NCBI GenBank assembly: GCA_004764695.1
Contig: SMSO01000034.1
Span: 1,860,001-1,924,000 of the forward strand
Length of the DNA: 64,000 bases
Direction of reading: 5' to 3'
Source of the DNA: Schizochytrium sp. TIO01
Lineage: Eukaryota; Protista; Bigyra: Labyrinthulomycetes
Program-made: the position numbers and the translations under genes
In this document: positions 13,116 through 25,172 of the stretch, piece after piece
Numbering within the stretch: the first letter of the stretch is position 1
Layout of the letters: every line of letters begins with the position of its first letter
Notes under the pieces: model-generated
What the model was told of the DNA's origin: nothing
Database searches by the model: none
What the model saw: the letters and a program-made list of their open reading frames with translations, nothing else

Positions 13116-16100
13116 ATGCCAGCAGCAGAAGAAACTCGGGAGCTGCATGCCCCGGAAGGAGCTGCTCATGAACAAGTAGACTCTCAAGTGAATGGGGTCT
13201 CGGATCGAAATGAAGATACGGATCAACAAAAGATCCAAGAACCTCACCAGGTTGCACCTCCGACTTCAGACACATCTCGAGAAGAGGAACACCAGCAAGA
13301 ACAAGAAGATGTCAACACAGCTCCGCCTGAGTCTTCAGAGGACTTTCCACTCCAGAACCAAACCTCGCCGCCAGCAGAGGAGGCGCAGACGAAGGAGGTG
13401 TCAGCTTCTGGTATTCTCGAAACCAGCTCTGAGAATTTCACCACATCAACAGAAACAATATCTGAAGCCCCAACCCAAAACACTCCATCGAGCAAAAACA
13501 CAGAGACAACAGAAGCACCTTCTTCTTCCTCCATTTCACAGGAACAACAAGGGGTGCAACAGAGTACTACGCAACCCCAACCGGGCAAAGCTACCCAGCA
13601 CACGGATAATGAGCAACGTGCCTCTTCTGCACCAAGCCAGCAAGGTGCATTACCAAAGCAATCTTCTTCTCAAGCAGCACCTCATAATGAAAAACTTGGC
13701 TCAACGGAAGACCAACACGAGGTCCCTTCTCCTGTTCCCGTTGCGAGTGAGCAGCAAGAAAGGCCAACAGTATTCCCATCTACCCATTCCGAAGCACCTC
13801 GACAAGAAAGCTGCACACAAGAATTAAATCAAAGTACTGGTACCTCAGAATCTTCAAAAAAGGCGGATGTCTCACCTTCGCAACAGACGAGCAGGGATAT
13901 GTTGGAGGAGCAACCAACACATCAGAATAAGGATGAAGAGCTAGCGCAAACTCCAAACCAAATCCCCCCCACATCGAACCAGCAACAGTCGTTGCAGCCG
14001 CAGTACCACAATACCCCGCCTCCTTCATATGCGTCAGTTCGTGCGCGTAATGCGGAGAATAATATTCAAAGTGAGTCTCTACCAGATACAGAAACAGACA
14101 TAGACAATGCTCTACCCACTCAGGATCAATCATCAAATTCTAGTCTAACAATGGATCCCTTGAAAGATAACCGCATGCCAGTCGAAAATGCCTCTGGAAA
14201 GGCTGCTTCTGAGGGGACCTCAGGAAGCTCGGCCCAGCCGGTGGACTCTGAACCGTCAAACATTCGACCTCAGGAAAGAACTTCAAATGCCCAGGCCTTG
14301 AATGCAGAAACGGTGCCATCACCGTCCCTTAGCGAGGATACAGGTATTGATCAGGCCCCAGACACTATCGATGAGCCATCTAATGAGTTAGCGCCGCCTG
14401 CTTTACAAACCCAGGCATCAGCAACAGCTACCGGCCAGATACCGGCGGCGAATACCCAGAGTGTGCATTCCTCACTTGGGCTATCCGAAGATTCAAATCT
14501 TTCTGCTTCTGTTGCCAGCAGCATGGGGGCTGCTGCGGCTTCCCCAAGCTTACTGCCAAAGGATGACGAAGATGATAAGTCGCAAACTTTGCCTGAGAAA
14601 ACAGCATCAAACCCGGTATCTCACCTAAATGAAGATCACAAACCACCGGAACATGCACCGGACTCTTCGTCACAAGACCATAACCGTGATGAAAATCTCA
14701 ACCCTTTGCCATCCGAAACAAACACCCCTAGCTCTGAGCACTATAATACTCTCTCGGAATCTGCTGAGGAACGTTTTAAGGCGCCAGTTGCCGAAGAAGA
14801 CGTTAGTGTGAGTAAGGTATCCCCATTCGAACAAGACCTTGACGATGCTCCCTTACATGGGTCAAGTACTGCTGTCGATAATGCTAGGAACGCATATAGG
14901 TCAAACACAGCGGAGGGAACACTGGAGGAAGCCCAGCCCCAGGCAAGCGAAGAATTTTCACCGCAAGACTTTAAAGGGAATCTGGTGCCAGATGAACTTG
15001 ATGAAGAGCAGCAAGATCTAGGGCGAAATGCACAAGAATCTACTCTTGAGGAAACCAACAATCTTGGTAGTGTCGAACTTGAAGAGCAGCAAGATCTAGG
15101 GCGAAATGTACAAGAACCTACTCTTGAGGAAACCAACAATCAAGGAGATCACCAATATCCAAATTCTGATGCACCCTCCCAAATTCAAGCTACAGATGAT
15201 CAAGATGACACCGAGATAGATGCAAATGAAATGGGCAATATTGATGACCAGGACAAGTCGAAGGTTGACGCAGACAATGCCAATGAGGTTGATGAGAGCA
15301 GTGATATAGGAACTCTTTCAAACAGCTCTGACGATGCCAATAATCAGGGTATAGTAGAAGCAAATGGGAACAATAATGAACACATTCGTGATCATGGCGG
15401 AACGGAAACAGATGCAGACAACGCTGAGAACATTGAACATCAAAGCGATAAGGAAGCGGATGTAGACAACTCTGACAATATCAATGATCCAGTTGCAGAA
15501 AATGTGGACACAGATAACCAAGACGTAATAGAGGATAATACCAAACTAGATGATCAGCATGAGCAAGAGGAAGAGTCTGAAGACGTTTTCGAACCAACTT
15601 TGCTTCTGCCTGAGAACCCGCCAAAGCTGATGCAAGAGATAGAGGGTTCACAAATTAACGAAGTTGATGTACCAGAAGATGCGTTGCATGGACCCTCCGG
15701 AGAGGCCACATTCTCCATATCTGGCAGTGAGCTCAGCAAAGACACTTTGCGAGGTTCTGATACCTTGTTCACAATGATGGCCTCTTCTGACAATCTGTAT
15801 CAAAATGATAGGCCTGATTTTGATAATGATGATGAGTATGTCTCTGATATCGATAAGGAGTTCGATGCCGAGGATGGAAGTGATCGCGACGATTACCACG
15901 AATCACAGTCTGTAGAACTAGACAATCTGTCAATTCTACGGCGCGGAGAGACATATGTTGCGCCCGTCCCTTCTGAGCTTCAAGATGCGGTCTCAGAGGT
16001 AGCAGCACGATCGAAAGCTTTTAAAGCAAAATCACGTGAGCAAGTGTACAGAGTAGATAACAGCCTCCTTGAGGAGCTTGATGAAGATGAAGAGAGATTG

Positions 16101-18221
16101 GGAAGCGTCAGTAGTGAAATCGAAGATGATACTGCAAAAAAAGCGGCCAGTCTGCCACTTCCCCCCGTAGAACTTCCCATTGTGGGAGCCGCGACCAGTA
16201 CAAGTCTCGAATGGCCTGATGGTTCTAAGAACATATATGATTCAAAAACCACATCTCAAAATTTCCAAGGTGCATCAAATGTGCATCAAATAGTTGCTAA
16301 CAATGGAGAAAGCATGAAACTTCCAGCGTATAGAAGCAGTGAAGAGGAGGAGTGTAGCCTGCATGAAAACGCATATGATGGGAAACGTAGCTATGATGAT
16401 GATGCCAATGATGATGATGAAGAAGAAGAAGAAGAAGAAGAAGTTCTGTTCCAGGCGAAGGAAACACATTCTAGTTCAAACATGCCAACATCCCCAGCGC
16501 TGTCAAAAGGGCAGCCACGATCACCCTTTCATGGCGGCAACGATCCAAACCATGGAAATGGCACCGACCGCGATGTGCTAGAGGAATTTGCATTGTGGCT
16601 TAGCCTCATCAAGGACCGTTTCCACGGCCCCGCGTCGTTTCAGCGTGAACCATCAGTCGATGCAGAAATTGCGAAACAGCGCTCTCCAATGACATACAGT
16701 GAAGACGAACTCTCCTCAAGTTATAATTCGTTGGTTAACCCCACATTCCGTGAAGGATTGTCATCGGCTGGTAGGCTCAGTGAAATGCGCCGCAGAGCTG
16801 AAGATATAAAAGTGAATGCAGCACACCGGCATGCTATTATGCAGAGCGACTCAAAAAGCCGTATGATGGACTCCAAAATAGCATCTTTCATTCAAGTACT
16901 TCGTCTGCAAGCGGAAGCACATATGTTGGGTCAACGTGATTCATTCAGTGAAAGTGTTGACTCTATTGAAGATGAGACTGCGCTGCATCTTGCTAAAGGC
17001 ATTGTGAAAACAGATAGTTGGGAGCCATTGTTTGCATGTTTTGAAGTTGAACAGCGTGATGCCCAAGACCCTTCTGTAAAGGCGGACGAAACGTTTTTGA
17101 GTGTGCTGGAGCGCCAGGTGCGCCTCCGCAACTCAATTAATGGTGAACTTGTGCGTCAATACCTCAACGTAGTCCTACGTGGGCTCCCTCCATCACCAGC
17201 TCTCGCTGACTTAGTCAAACGTATCCCTACGCAAAATGTGGCGCTCTCATACTCTCAGAGTCCAGACTGTGCATACAAGCTTGGCAAGTTGTCCACTAAC
17301 TTTCGACGCATATTCTGTGCCATGTATGAAGGTCTATTTATGCCATCCATGCAGGTAAGAAAATGTGACACGAGCCAGCTCGAGGCTGCTATTGCTGACC
17401 TTTGCAAGTTTATGGCGGTAATGACACGATGCTTGCTTTGGCAATACCCTGTTCTCATTGACTGCAAGGTCCGAGAAGTACTAGGAGACACATCAAAGGG
17501 TCGTATCCAAGATAGTCGCCGTGGAGGTTGGATTCCGCGGTCTACCAAGGACCAGATGCTGGTTGTGCGCTCCTGTATCGAGGACGCAATTATAGATCCC
17601 TTGTTGGACAATTTATACCTTGCCTACAACTCGATTTGTGGCGAGAAGGACCTTCAAGTTGGCAAGGCTTGTCGTCAACTGACTTCAAAACTGAAAGAGC
17701 AGGAGCTTATGATAGCATGCGGTGTGCCCCCTTTCTATCAACTTGAATATACTCACCCTGTTGCTCGCCCAGCTTCGTACCGCCGGAGTCAAGAACAGCC
17801 CGCATCACCCTATCAGGGTGCCATTGACCTTATGGAGAGTGTTTGGATCAATACTCGTACACCAGCAAGTAAAATTAGCGTTTTGTCACTTGCGCACCAA
17901 GCAATTGTTGACGCAGCAATCATGCATTATAGCCGTCCAACGGAAATGCGTGACGAAAACGGCTCGGTTAAGGTGCGTGCAGCTATCAAGGACCAGCGCA
18001 AGCTTGTTCCAAGGCGCAGAGAAATGTTAGCTCTCTTTACCCATTGCATCATTATGTCAATGCCCCCTAATCTGGAGACGCAGAGCCGTCTTTTGTTTGA
18101 TTTAGGGTCTCGGCACGCTGTAGCACACTCCGAAGTAGCAGCTCATGCTATAGCTATGATGTGTATGATGCCGCGCAGTATTGAGGAGGTGGCAAACACT
18201 GCTGGCGTGAGTATTATTTGA
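13116..18221 (+). CDS. Large protein: ~1150-aa acidic low-complexity N-terminus plus helical C-terminal domain, possibly VPS9-like
   Basis: ~1700-aa uninterrupted ORF from the ATG of MPAAEE. C-terminal PYQGAIDLM..V....TPASKISVL....AI and LALFTHCIIMS.PPNL resemble VPS9-domain motifs (family call from memory). A GTGAGT near 18207 may mean a further 3' exon. Confidence 0.6.
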   Translation: MPAAEETRELHAPEGAAHEQVDSQVNGVSDRNEDTDQQKIQEPHQVAPPTSDTSREEEHQQEQEDVNTAPPESSEDFPLQNQTSPPAEEAQTKEVSASGILETSSENFTTSTETISEAPTQNTPSSKNTETTEAPSSSSISQEQQGVQQSTTQPQPGKATQHTDNEQRASSAPSQQGALPKQSSSQAAPHNEKLGSTEDQHEVPSPVPVASEQQERPTVFPSTHSEAPRQESCTQELNQSTGTSESSKKADVSPSQQTSRDMLEEQPTHQNKDEELAQTPNQIPPTSNQQQSLQPQYHNTPPPSYASVRARNAENNIQSESLPDTETDIDNALPTQDQSSNSSLTMDPLKDNRMPVENASGKAASEGTSGSSAQPVDSEPSNIRPQERTSNAQALNAETVPSPSLSEDTGIDQAPDTIDEPSNELAPPALQTQASATATGQIPAANTQSVHSSLGLSEDSNLSASVASSMGAAAASPSLLPKDDEDDKSQTLPEKTASNPVSHLNEDHKPPEHAPDSSSQDHNRDENLNPLPSETNTPSSEHYNTLSESAEERFKAPVAEEDVSVSKVSPFEQDLDDAPLHGSSTAVDNARNAYRSNTAEGTLEEAQPQASEEFSPQDFKGNLVPDELDEEQQDLGRNAQESTLEETNNLGSVELEEQQDLGRNVQEPTLEETNNQGDHQYPNSDAPSQIQATDDQDDTEIDANEMGNIDDQDKSKVDADNANEVDESSDIGTLSNSSDDANNQGIVEANGNNNEHIRDHGGTETDADNAENIEHQSDKEADVDNSDNINDPVAENVDTDNQDVIEDNTKLDDQHEQEEESEDVFEPTLLLPENPPKLMQEIEGSQINEVDVPEDALHGPSGEATFSISGSELSKDTLRGSDTLFTMMASSDNLYQNDRPDFDNDDEYVSDIDKEFDAEDGSDRDDYHESQSVELDNLSILRRGETYVAPVPSELQDAVSEVAARSKAFKAKSREQVYRVDNSLLEELDEDEERLGSVSSEIEDDTAKKAASLPLPPVELPIVGAATSTSLEWPDGSKNIYDSKTTSQNFQGASNVHQIVANNGESMKLPAYRSSEEEECSLHENAYDGKRSYDDDANDDDEEEEEEEEVLFQAKETHSSSNMPTSPALSKGQPRSPFHGGNDPNHGNGTDRDVLEEFALWLSLIKDRFHGPASFQREPSVDAEIAKQRSPMTYSEDELSSSYNSLVNPTFREGLSSAGRLSEMRRRAEDIKVNAAHRHAIMQSDSKSRMMDSKIASFIQVLRLQAEAHMLGQRDSFSESVDSIEDETALHLAKGIVKTDSWEPLFACFEVEQRDAQDPSVKADETFLSVLERQVRLRNSINGELVRQYLNVVLRGLPPSPALADLVKRIPTQNVALSYSQSPDCAYKLGKLSTNFRRIFCAMYEGLFMPSMQVRKCDTSQLEAAIADLCKFMAVMTRCLLWQYPVLIDCKVREVLGDTSKGRIQDSRRGGWIPRSTKDQMLVVRSCIEDAIIDPLLDNLYLAYNSICGEKDLQVGKACRQLTSKLKEQELMIACGVPPFYQLEYTHPVARPASYRRSQEQPASPYQGAIDLMESVWINTRTPASKISVLSLAHQAIVDAAIMHYSRPTEMRDENGSVKVRAAIKDQRKLVPRRREMLALFTHCIIMSMPPNLETQSRLLFDLGSRHAVAHSEVAAHAIAMMCMMPRSIEEVANTAGVSII

Positions 18222-18781
18222 GAATGCTAAGAGCTCTATCTAGAATACTCTATTGCAAGCCATCTGAGATACGCGTCGGCTAACCTGTGCAGATACTGAG
18301 ATTTGTTTTCGTTAATGCAGTCATTAGCGATCGATAGGAATAAAATTCAAGTTTGTCTTTTGTTTTTCTTTATAATTTTTAGATACTCCCGTGCTACAAC
18401 TAGTCATTCGATATCTACAGATTCTCAAATCATTAAGTAAATTAGTCTTTTACTGCGATATCTGGACTTCCAAACCCGTGGGTTATTTTGAGCGAACACG
18501 AAGGAGCTACATTATTCCTAAACGACCGAGGATATATCTAAGGAAAATGAAATAATACAACTCGTTCTCCCTGACTCCTCAATTCTTTTTTTACCACTTT
18601 GACTACAAAGAATAATCTAGCAGGAATACATGTTTCGTAGGACAGGAGAAGAGAGCAACCGTGTGTGACTATATATAGAAATATATATCTTTATATATAG
18701 GGCTCTATCATTTGGGGGAGCAAATAGGCGAATAGAAAAGAGGAAATTGTGGGGCCGACGCTTGTCGAGTATTAATAACAA

Positions 18782-19843
18782 TTACTGCATCTTATATTTC
18801 TTACGAGACGTAGCCCGTTTTGCGGTGCCCGTTGAATAGTCAAGTTTGAGATTGACCTGGGTAACCAAAACGTCCGTGCCTTCTAAACTACGAGTTTCCT
18901 TTAGAAGGATGGCAAGTACACCCTTCTTGGGTCGTACGGGACTATGTTTGTTTGTGTAGAACTCAATGATCTTGCGACGTGCTTCACTATCAAGCTTGTC
19001 ATTTTCGGGATCGCGAAGAATCTTTTGCATACCTTCAGGTACATCCTTGGGAATACTGTCTTGAGGAGCCGAGGACACCGAAGCAGCATTAGAAGTAGAT
19101 GACATGGCAGATGGCGCTGGGTGTTGTCCATCAGAAGAGCCTCTCGAGGCCGCACTACCCATGATGTGTGCAGGTTGCTGCTCCTCAGACTGGTGAAGCG
19201 CGCCTTGTTGCTGAGTTTGACTTGATGCTGGCCTAAAGTGTCGATTGCGGTCCTCAATATCAATATCCTGTGGTAGAAGATGGGCAGATAGAAAAGGCCA
19301 CTCCAAAGGAACGAACTCGGCTGACATGCATGGTTTGGCTTCAATATCTCCAGGGGGCGGCCAGGTCCTCTTAGAAGCCTCCACCTCTTTTGCAATTGCA
19401 CGAATTGCTTCGTGTAAGGACTCAGTGGCTAAATCTTTACTGGAGCTTTCTTTTACGCTTTGCGCAGCCTTGTCGGCGGCTTGTTTAACATCTTCTTCTA
19501 CTGATTTGCCTGTACCCTCTTCATTCTTGGGTTGAGAGGAGGACTCCAAGACATCTTGTTCAGCCGGAAGCCGCTTCTTGACAAGCGCAAGGATTACACG
19601 TACCCATTCATCAGAATCAAGAGCTGCGGATCGCAGGACCTCATTTACAGGCTCCCACAGACTTGCGAGCTGCGTTACTGGTAGTGAAAGTAGTGAGAGC
19701 ATCACGCGGAGTTTGATCCCGAGCTCAAAAGTACTAAATTCCTTGGCAATAAATTGCAGGCGCTCTGTCGTTAATAGTGCAGCAAATTCCGGACCAGACC
19801 ACTCGCCACGGAGCTTATTTTCCACCAAAACATTTTGCTCCAT
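18782..19843 (-). CDS. NELFA: Negative elongation factor A-like protein
   Basis: ENKL..EWS...AALLT, KLRVMLSLLSLP, A.LDSDEWV and FVPLEWPFL match the NELF-A N-terminal region as recalled (NKL..W....ASLLT...KLKLLL..LHLP...LDSDPWV...LPLECQYL). The C-terminal KL....R..II.F......P.....I.LKE resembles the NELF-A C-terminal domain. Confidence 0.75.
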   Translation of the reverse strand: MEQNVLVENKLRGEWSGPEFAALLTTERLQFIAKEFSTFELGIKLRVMLSLLSLPVTQLASLWEPVNEVLRSAALDSDEWVRVILALVKKRLPAEQDVLESSSQPKNEEGTGKSVEEDVKQAADKAAQSVKESSSKDLATESLHEAIRAIAKEVEASKRTWPPPGDIEAKPCMSAEFVPLEWPFLSAHLLPQDIDIEDRNRHFRPASSQTQQQGALHQSEEQQPAHIMGSAASRGSSDGQHPAPSAMSSTSNAASVSSAPQDSIPKDVPEGMQKILRDPENDKLDSEARRKIIEFYTNKHSPVRPKKGVLAILLKETRSLEGTDVLVTQVNLKLDYSTGTAKRATSRKKYKMQ

Positions 19844-21056
19844 ACTCACGACGCACTATATTATTGGAAAGGATAAGTTCTCTAAATCTAAACGTGCAAT
19901 CTTTGAATGTATGTGCGTAGTTTACACTTGAGATAGCAAAGCTCAAGATTACGAGGCTCTTGAAGCACACGTTACAAGAGAGATTAGATGGTGTGCGTGT
20001 GAGCTTACAATCGAAGAGGATGGGCGGAGATGGTTGACTTATTGAGCGAGAGCTCCGTGTGCTTTAACTTGGTCACGCGATGGCTGAAATGTATGTATAG
20101 GACCAATACCTCAAGCTGCGCGACTTTGCCCTGCGCACTCGTAAGCGTGCCCACGCCGCTGATGCCGCCTCTCCAAAAGGCGACACACCCGCAGGGATCG
20201 ACGCTGGATGGATCAGCGACGATGGATGAATGATTAATCTCACGGTCAAAAACAGGTTTTCTGTCTAGATCTCTTGTTCTATTTACTACTACCTACCTAC
20301 CTATCTACCTCATATAAATGGGAGTAACCCTATATAAGGAAATCCATAGAAATACCGGACTCGAATTTGATGCACCATGAAATGACCTTTGGGAGGATCT
20401 CATTTTGGTTTATGGATAGAGCAAAGGTAATAGGATCCTTTGCGCAGGTTTGACAAAATTTTGATTGACGATTGAGGAATTCTTCGAGTGAAAATAGCTT
20501 CGGACATAAAAGGAGGTGAATGCAGTGAGTCCAAAGCTTTGCTCGCGATTAGATATATAAAAGAGAAAATAGATGCCAAGGTTGTTGTTTTCCCTCGAAC
20601 CAAATGATCTTGTCAGGACAAGGCAAGTCTTTTTGTTTTGTTTTTCTAAACCAAATGAGATAGTACTGATATTTCAAGGGTATTTTTTTCAACTATTGTA
20701 AAGCCAAGCAACTTGTGCTTTGTTTGCTAGCATAGCTGCGTTCTTTAATAAGCCGTGAGGAATGGTATATCACGAACCGATCAACCAAGATAAAGAAGAA
20801 TCAAAGTCGTTTGCATTGTAGTTACCATACAGCTCAGACCTTGTATCTCAAATGGCTTGATGCTGTAGAAGATCAAGAAACTAAGAGCAACAAAACGGGA
20901 TGCAAGCTAGATGTCGTAATCTCTGAATTGCCAACGGAGAGCTCCCAGCAGGGTGTATTTATTTCTAAAAGGGTGCGAATGAACAGTTACAGATTACGAT
21001 GCAGAGCAAAGAGCAATAATAAGGAGTCGGGTGCGCTGCACGAGTCGTAGGCTCAA

Positions 21057-21341
21057 TCATTTGGACTTGGGCATCTCAGGCATGACGGGTGCGGGCGTGG
21101 TGACCGCAGGGGTAGCCTGGGAGACGTAGGCAGTGAGCTCAAAGTTGGTGAGGTCCGGGACCACAAGAAACTTCATCTTGGAGTAGTCCTTGCGAAAGTT
21201 ACCGTGCTTGTCAAGGCTGCCGCCCTTCCAGCCGCCCTTACCCTTGTAGTAGTTCTTGTTTCCGCGCTTCGGGCTCAAAGGGCCGTTCAGCTTCTTGGCG
21301 CCGCGCTGCACGGTTGTTCGCAAAGCTGCTCCGACGGTCAT
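21057..21341 (-). CDS. MRPL41: Mitochondrial ribosomal protein mL41 (yeast MrpL27 family)
   Basis: PLSPKRGNKNYYKGKG....G..DKHG.F......FLVVPDLT.FEL.AYVS signature. Confidence 0.9.
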   Translation of the reverse strand: MTVGAALRTTVQRGAKKLNGPLSPKRGNKNYYKGKGGWKGGSLDKHGNFRKDYSKMKFLVVPDLTNFELTAYVSQATPAVTTPAPVMPEMPKSK

Positions 21342-22684
21342 TTTGTTCTAGTTGCGGCTGCGCTGAGCAGAGGTTTTTGTCTTCAGACTGATGGACGGCT
21401 GTGCCAATGACAGCGTTCTGCCGTAAACTGCGCGTAGCAGAAAAGACAAGCGGGCTTGAGGGGGCAAGCAAGTGAGTACGGAAAGGGATCCCGAACGAAG
21501 GCCTGGAGCAGTCTCCGCGACAACAGACCTCACACGAAACTGGTCAGACTCGCAGAGCGACGAAAACCAAAAAAACTAACAAGCAAAGGGACGAGAGGTT
21601 AGTGAAAGCAGTGCAGTCACTGCTTATTTTTAAAGAGCAGCTAACTCGAAAATACTCAAACAAATGAACAATAAACATTTAACTCACTTACCATAGTATG
21701 CAGAGCAAATGAAACAAAACTTGCCAAAGCAACGAATGAATGAACATCAACAAACACAAACTAAAATAATGGGAGAACAAGGCATTACCTGCAATATATA
21801 CAGGACTATTTGAGTGAGGAAACACCAGATAAAGTGGAGCAAATAGAGATAAAGTGAAACAAACTGCAAATCAGTGAACCTTTAAAAATAAAAAGACAAA
21901 TAGAAAGAAAATGAGTGACCATGGCCTTGCTCCCTTGCCGCGGTGTGAGGCAAACCGAGGAGTTGATGCAGGACTCGCAGTTGAACTCTGGGACCTCTGG
22001 GTTCTTTAGTGACAAATGTATACCATAGAGAAAATTAGATAATAGCTACTAGTTAGCTCATTGTGCTAGGTAGTAGTAGTAGTAGTAGTAGTAGTACCTT
22101 TAGAATTCTAAGTGTTGTGTGATGAGATAACATAGTATGATACATTCTGCTACATAAATGTGATTACATAGATCTAGATGTCATGATCGTGGCAGCGTTG
22201 ACGTACCTTGTGGGTATTTTCCTACTGCATATTCGTGATCACTTTGTCAATCCTGTCAAGCTCTGAGGGAGGACATCTTGGAGCACTACTAGTAGATAGC
22301 TGCAGGTAGATAGCACACTCGACTTGGAATGGGTACTAAGCACCTAACTGCTCACTAGTATAAACACCTAGTAATGATTCAATATATTCGAAATTGAGCA
22401 AAAATGAACGATGCTGAGGAGGAAGAAGTGGCCACATTTATCTAAATATCTGCCACTCAGCTATTTTCACTTACTCACCAGACACCTTCAGAGCTTTAGC
22501 CTTCGTAGCAGCTCGGCCTGATCTGCGCCCTAGCTTCCCTGAATTGCCAAGTCTTTCTGTGACTGCGATTGCGATTGCAGGTTATTTCCTTATTCGCAAT
22601 CACACGTAACGAAGAAAAGAAACTAGTACCCAGTGTCCTACGCGGCAGCTACTCCATAAGGTAGGAGTCCCGTAGCGCAAAATG

Positions 22685-22859
<175 letters not shown>

Positions 22860-23099
22860 TCGTTCATAAACTTTCGATAGTGATGATAGTCACCGTCTAT
22901 AAACAGTAAGTAGTAGGTAGTACGCAGAGATAGGCAGAAGCAGCGAGGAGCCGTCGGCCAGCCTGGTGCATGTTTGAGAGAGGAGCAGAGCGGATTGCGG
23001 AGAGGAGAAGCTAGACGTGCGCCTGGCTGAGGCGTACTCGTGGTAGCGTTCTCTCATCGATTTGTTGTCTTGGGGCTACGTGTGGAAAGTCGGGCTACG

Positions 23100-23642
23100 A
23101 TGGGCAACTTATGGTCTCTGTGGCAGAACCTTTTCCAGGGCGAGAAGGAGGTCAAGGCCATCATCGTGGGTCTGAACAATGCAGGCAAGACCACGACGCT
23201 GTACCAGCTGCACTTGGGCCAAGTGGTGAGTACGCAACCCACAATAGGATCGAACGTTGAGGAGGTTCGCCGAGGCAAAGTGCGATTTCAATGCTGGGAT
23301 TTGGGCGGACAAGAGTCTCTGCGAAAAACGTGGGAGATGTACTTCACGAATACGCAGGCAGTGCTGCTGGTGGTGGACAGTACAGAGCGGGAGCGAATAG
23401 AAGTGGTTAAGAGGGAACTCCAACTGTTGTTGGCGCATGAGGATCTCCAGGGAGCAGTAATATTGGTCTTAGCCAATAAGCAGGACGTTAAAGGTGCCAT
23501 GACCGCAGCGGAGATCTCGGAGAAACTCGAACTGCACAGTATTAAGGGCAGATCCTGGCACATTGAAGGCTGCTGCGCTCTTACAGGAGAGGGACTTACG
23601 GAGGGTATGGATTGGGTAGCCCAGACTCTCACGTCCTCTTAA
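23100..23642 (+). CDS. ARL5: ADP-ribosylation factor-like GTPase, ARL5-like
   Basis: MG myristoylation start, GLNNAGKTT, PTIGSNVEE, WDLGGQESLR..W..Y, ANKQD, CCALTGEG; 180 aa, intronless. Confidence 0.88.
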   Translation: MGNLWSLWQNLFQGEKEVKAIIVGLNNAGKTTTLYQLHLGQVVSTQPTIGSNVEEVRRGKVRFQCWDLGGQESLRKTWEMYFTNTQAVLLVVDSTERERIEVVKRELQLLLAHEDLQGAVILVLANKQDVKGAMTAAEISEKLELHSIKGRSWHIEGCCALTGEGLTEGMDWVAQTLTSS

Positions 23643-25172
23643 TAATTTGTACGAGGAAACAGGCATGTAAGCAGGTTGGCATATGACAGCTCATTGGCAA
23701 ACTCAAACATGAGCAAGGTTATCATTTCGGTTTTGGCCCGTCTCGATGGAGCCGGCGCATCCTAAAAGAAACATGTGAAGACTAAGGTGTGTGAAATCTT
23801 AAAACCGTCGGAATTACTGTCTAGTTGCTCTTTCTGTTATGTGAGGGATGAGACAGGATACCAGAAAATCATAGCTGCCACTTTCAGTGCGTCAAATTTG
23901 TCCTGTCCTCTGTATGTGCTCATCAATTTACATGTTACTTATTTCATTGCCTGGATCTCACACATTCATTCTTAATCTTTCGTAATTTCAATCATGAAAA
24001 CACATACACACTCACAAATAACTTTTATACCGTCGCGAAGATGAGTTGCCTTAAGCTGAAGAAAATGATGGCACTTTTATTTTCCGCACACAATTACATC
24101 TTCTTTAAGTACATACCTTCTACAAAAAAAATTGCGTACCATCACACCGCATCATATCCCATATACCAGAAAGTGCTCATCATAGGTCTGACCTTTTGCT
24201 ACCACGTACTTTGATATTGTAAGGGCCCACCTACCTTGGGAATGTCTTTTTAAAGGGGGGAAATATATGATTGGATGCGCTGACTCATGAAAACTAGCAG
24301 CTATGTCACATATACTGTGTTTGTGAGGAATTTGAAACTCCATCATACCACATGCACATAAATTATGTTAGACATGCACGCATCCTGCTTTATATATTCC
24401 TCCATCCCCCGCCTTCCTCTTCTCGTGAGAATTATGAAAAGAAGAAAGCTTTAAAAGCTTCAATCGTTTTACCCCGGTCATTCGTGTAAGTAGATGAATG
24501 AGCAATATTGCATGATTATACATAGGCTGTAGATTAGGTGCGAAACTTTACGTGTCTCTTTGCAGTTGCCGAAAACAAATCTTCACGCTCTGTCCGGACG
24601 CCTGCTAGTTCATTTTCTTGCTATTTCTTTTGTTTTTCTTTTTCTTTTCCTTGTCAGAAAAGCATACAAAATTGATCAATCGCATGTTTGAGTATGCATG
24701 TTTGAGTATCCTTGCTACTCTTTTTATTTTCGAAAGACATCAAAATATTCATTTTTTTAGCTTGTTCTCTCTTTCTCTTGTTGCCTTGTTGCAGCATAGA
24801 AGCGGCACTAGGTCTGGGTTGCTTGCTGTGCAAGCTCAATTGCTTGTTTTCTCCAAATCGAAAGAACTTGAGCAGCCTCAGTAAAAACAAACTACCCACA
24901 CAGTTCAAGTCAGCAAGCAAGAAGAATACTCAAATTAATATACTAAAGTATTGGCTTTTGCTGTTATTTATTTTTTCAAGCAAGCATGGTATCAATAATA
25001 CGGCATTATATTGATAAGCAAAGATTTTCAGTTTGCTTTAGAGGCGTGGTAAAGAAAGCCCAGCAGGTTCAAATGGTCAAATGCGAAGTTTGGTAGTTTC
25101 ATCCTTTGAGAGAAGCATACAGAAGAGCTGCTTTCACGATACTATTACTAGACAGATAAGCGGGTTGAGCAC

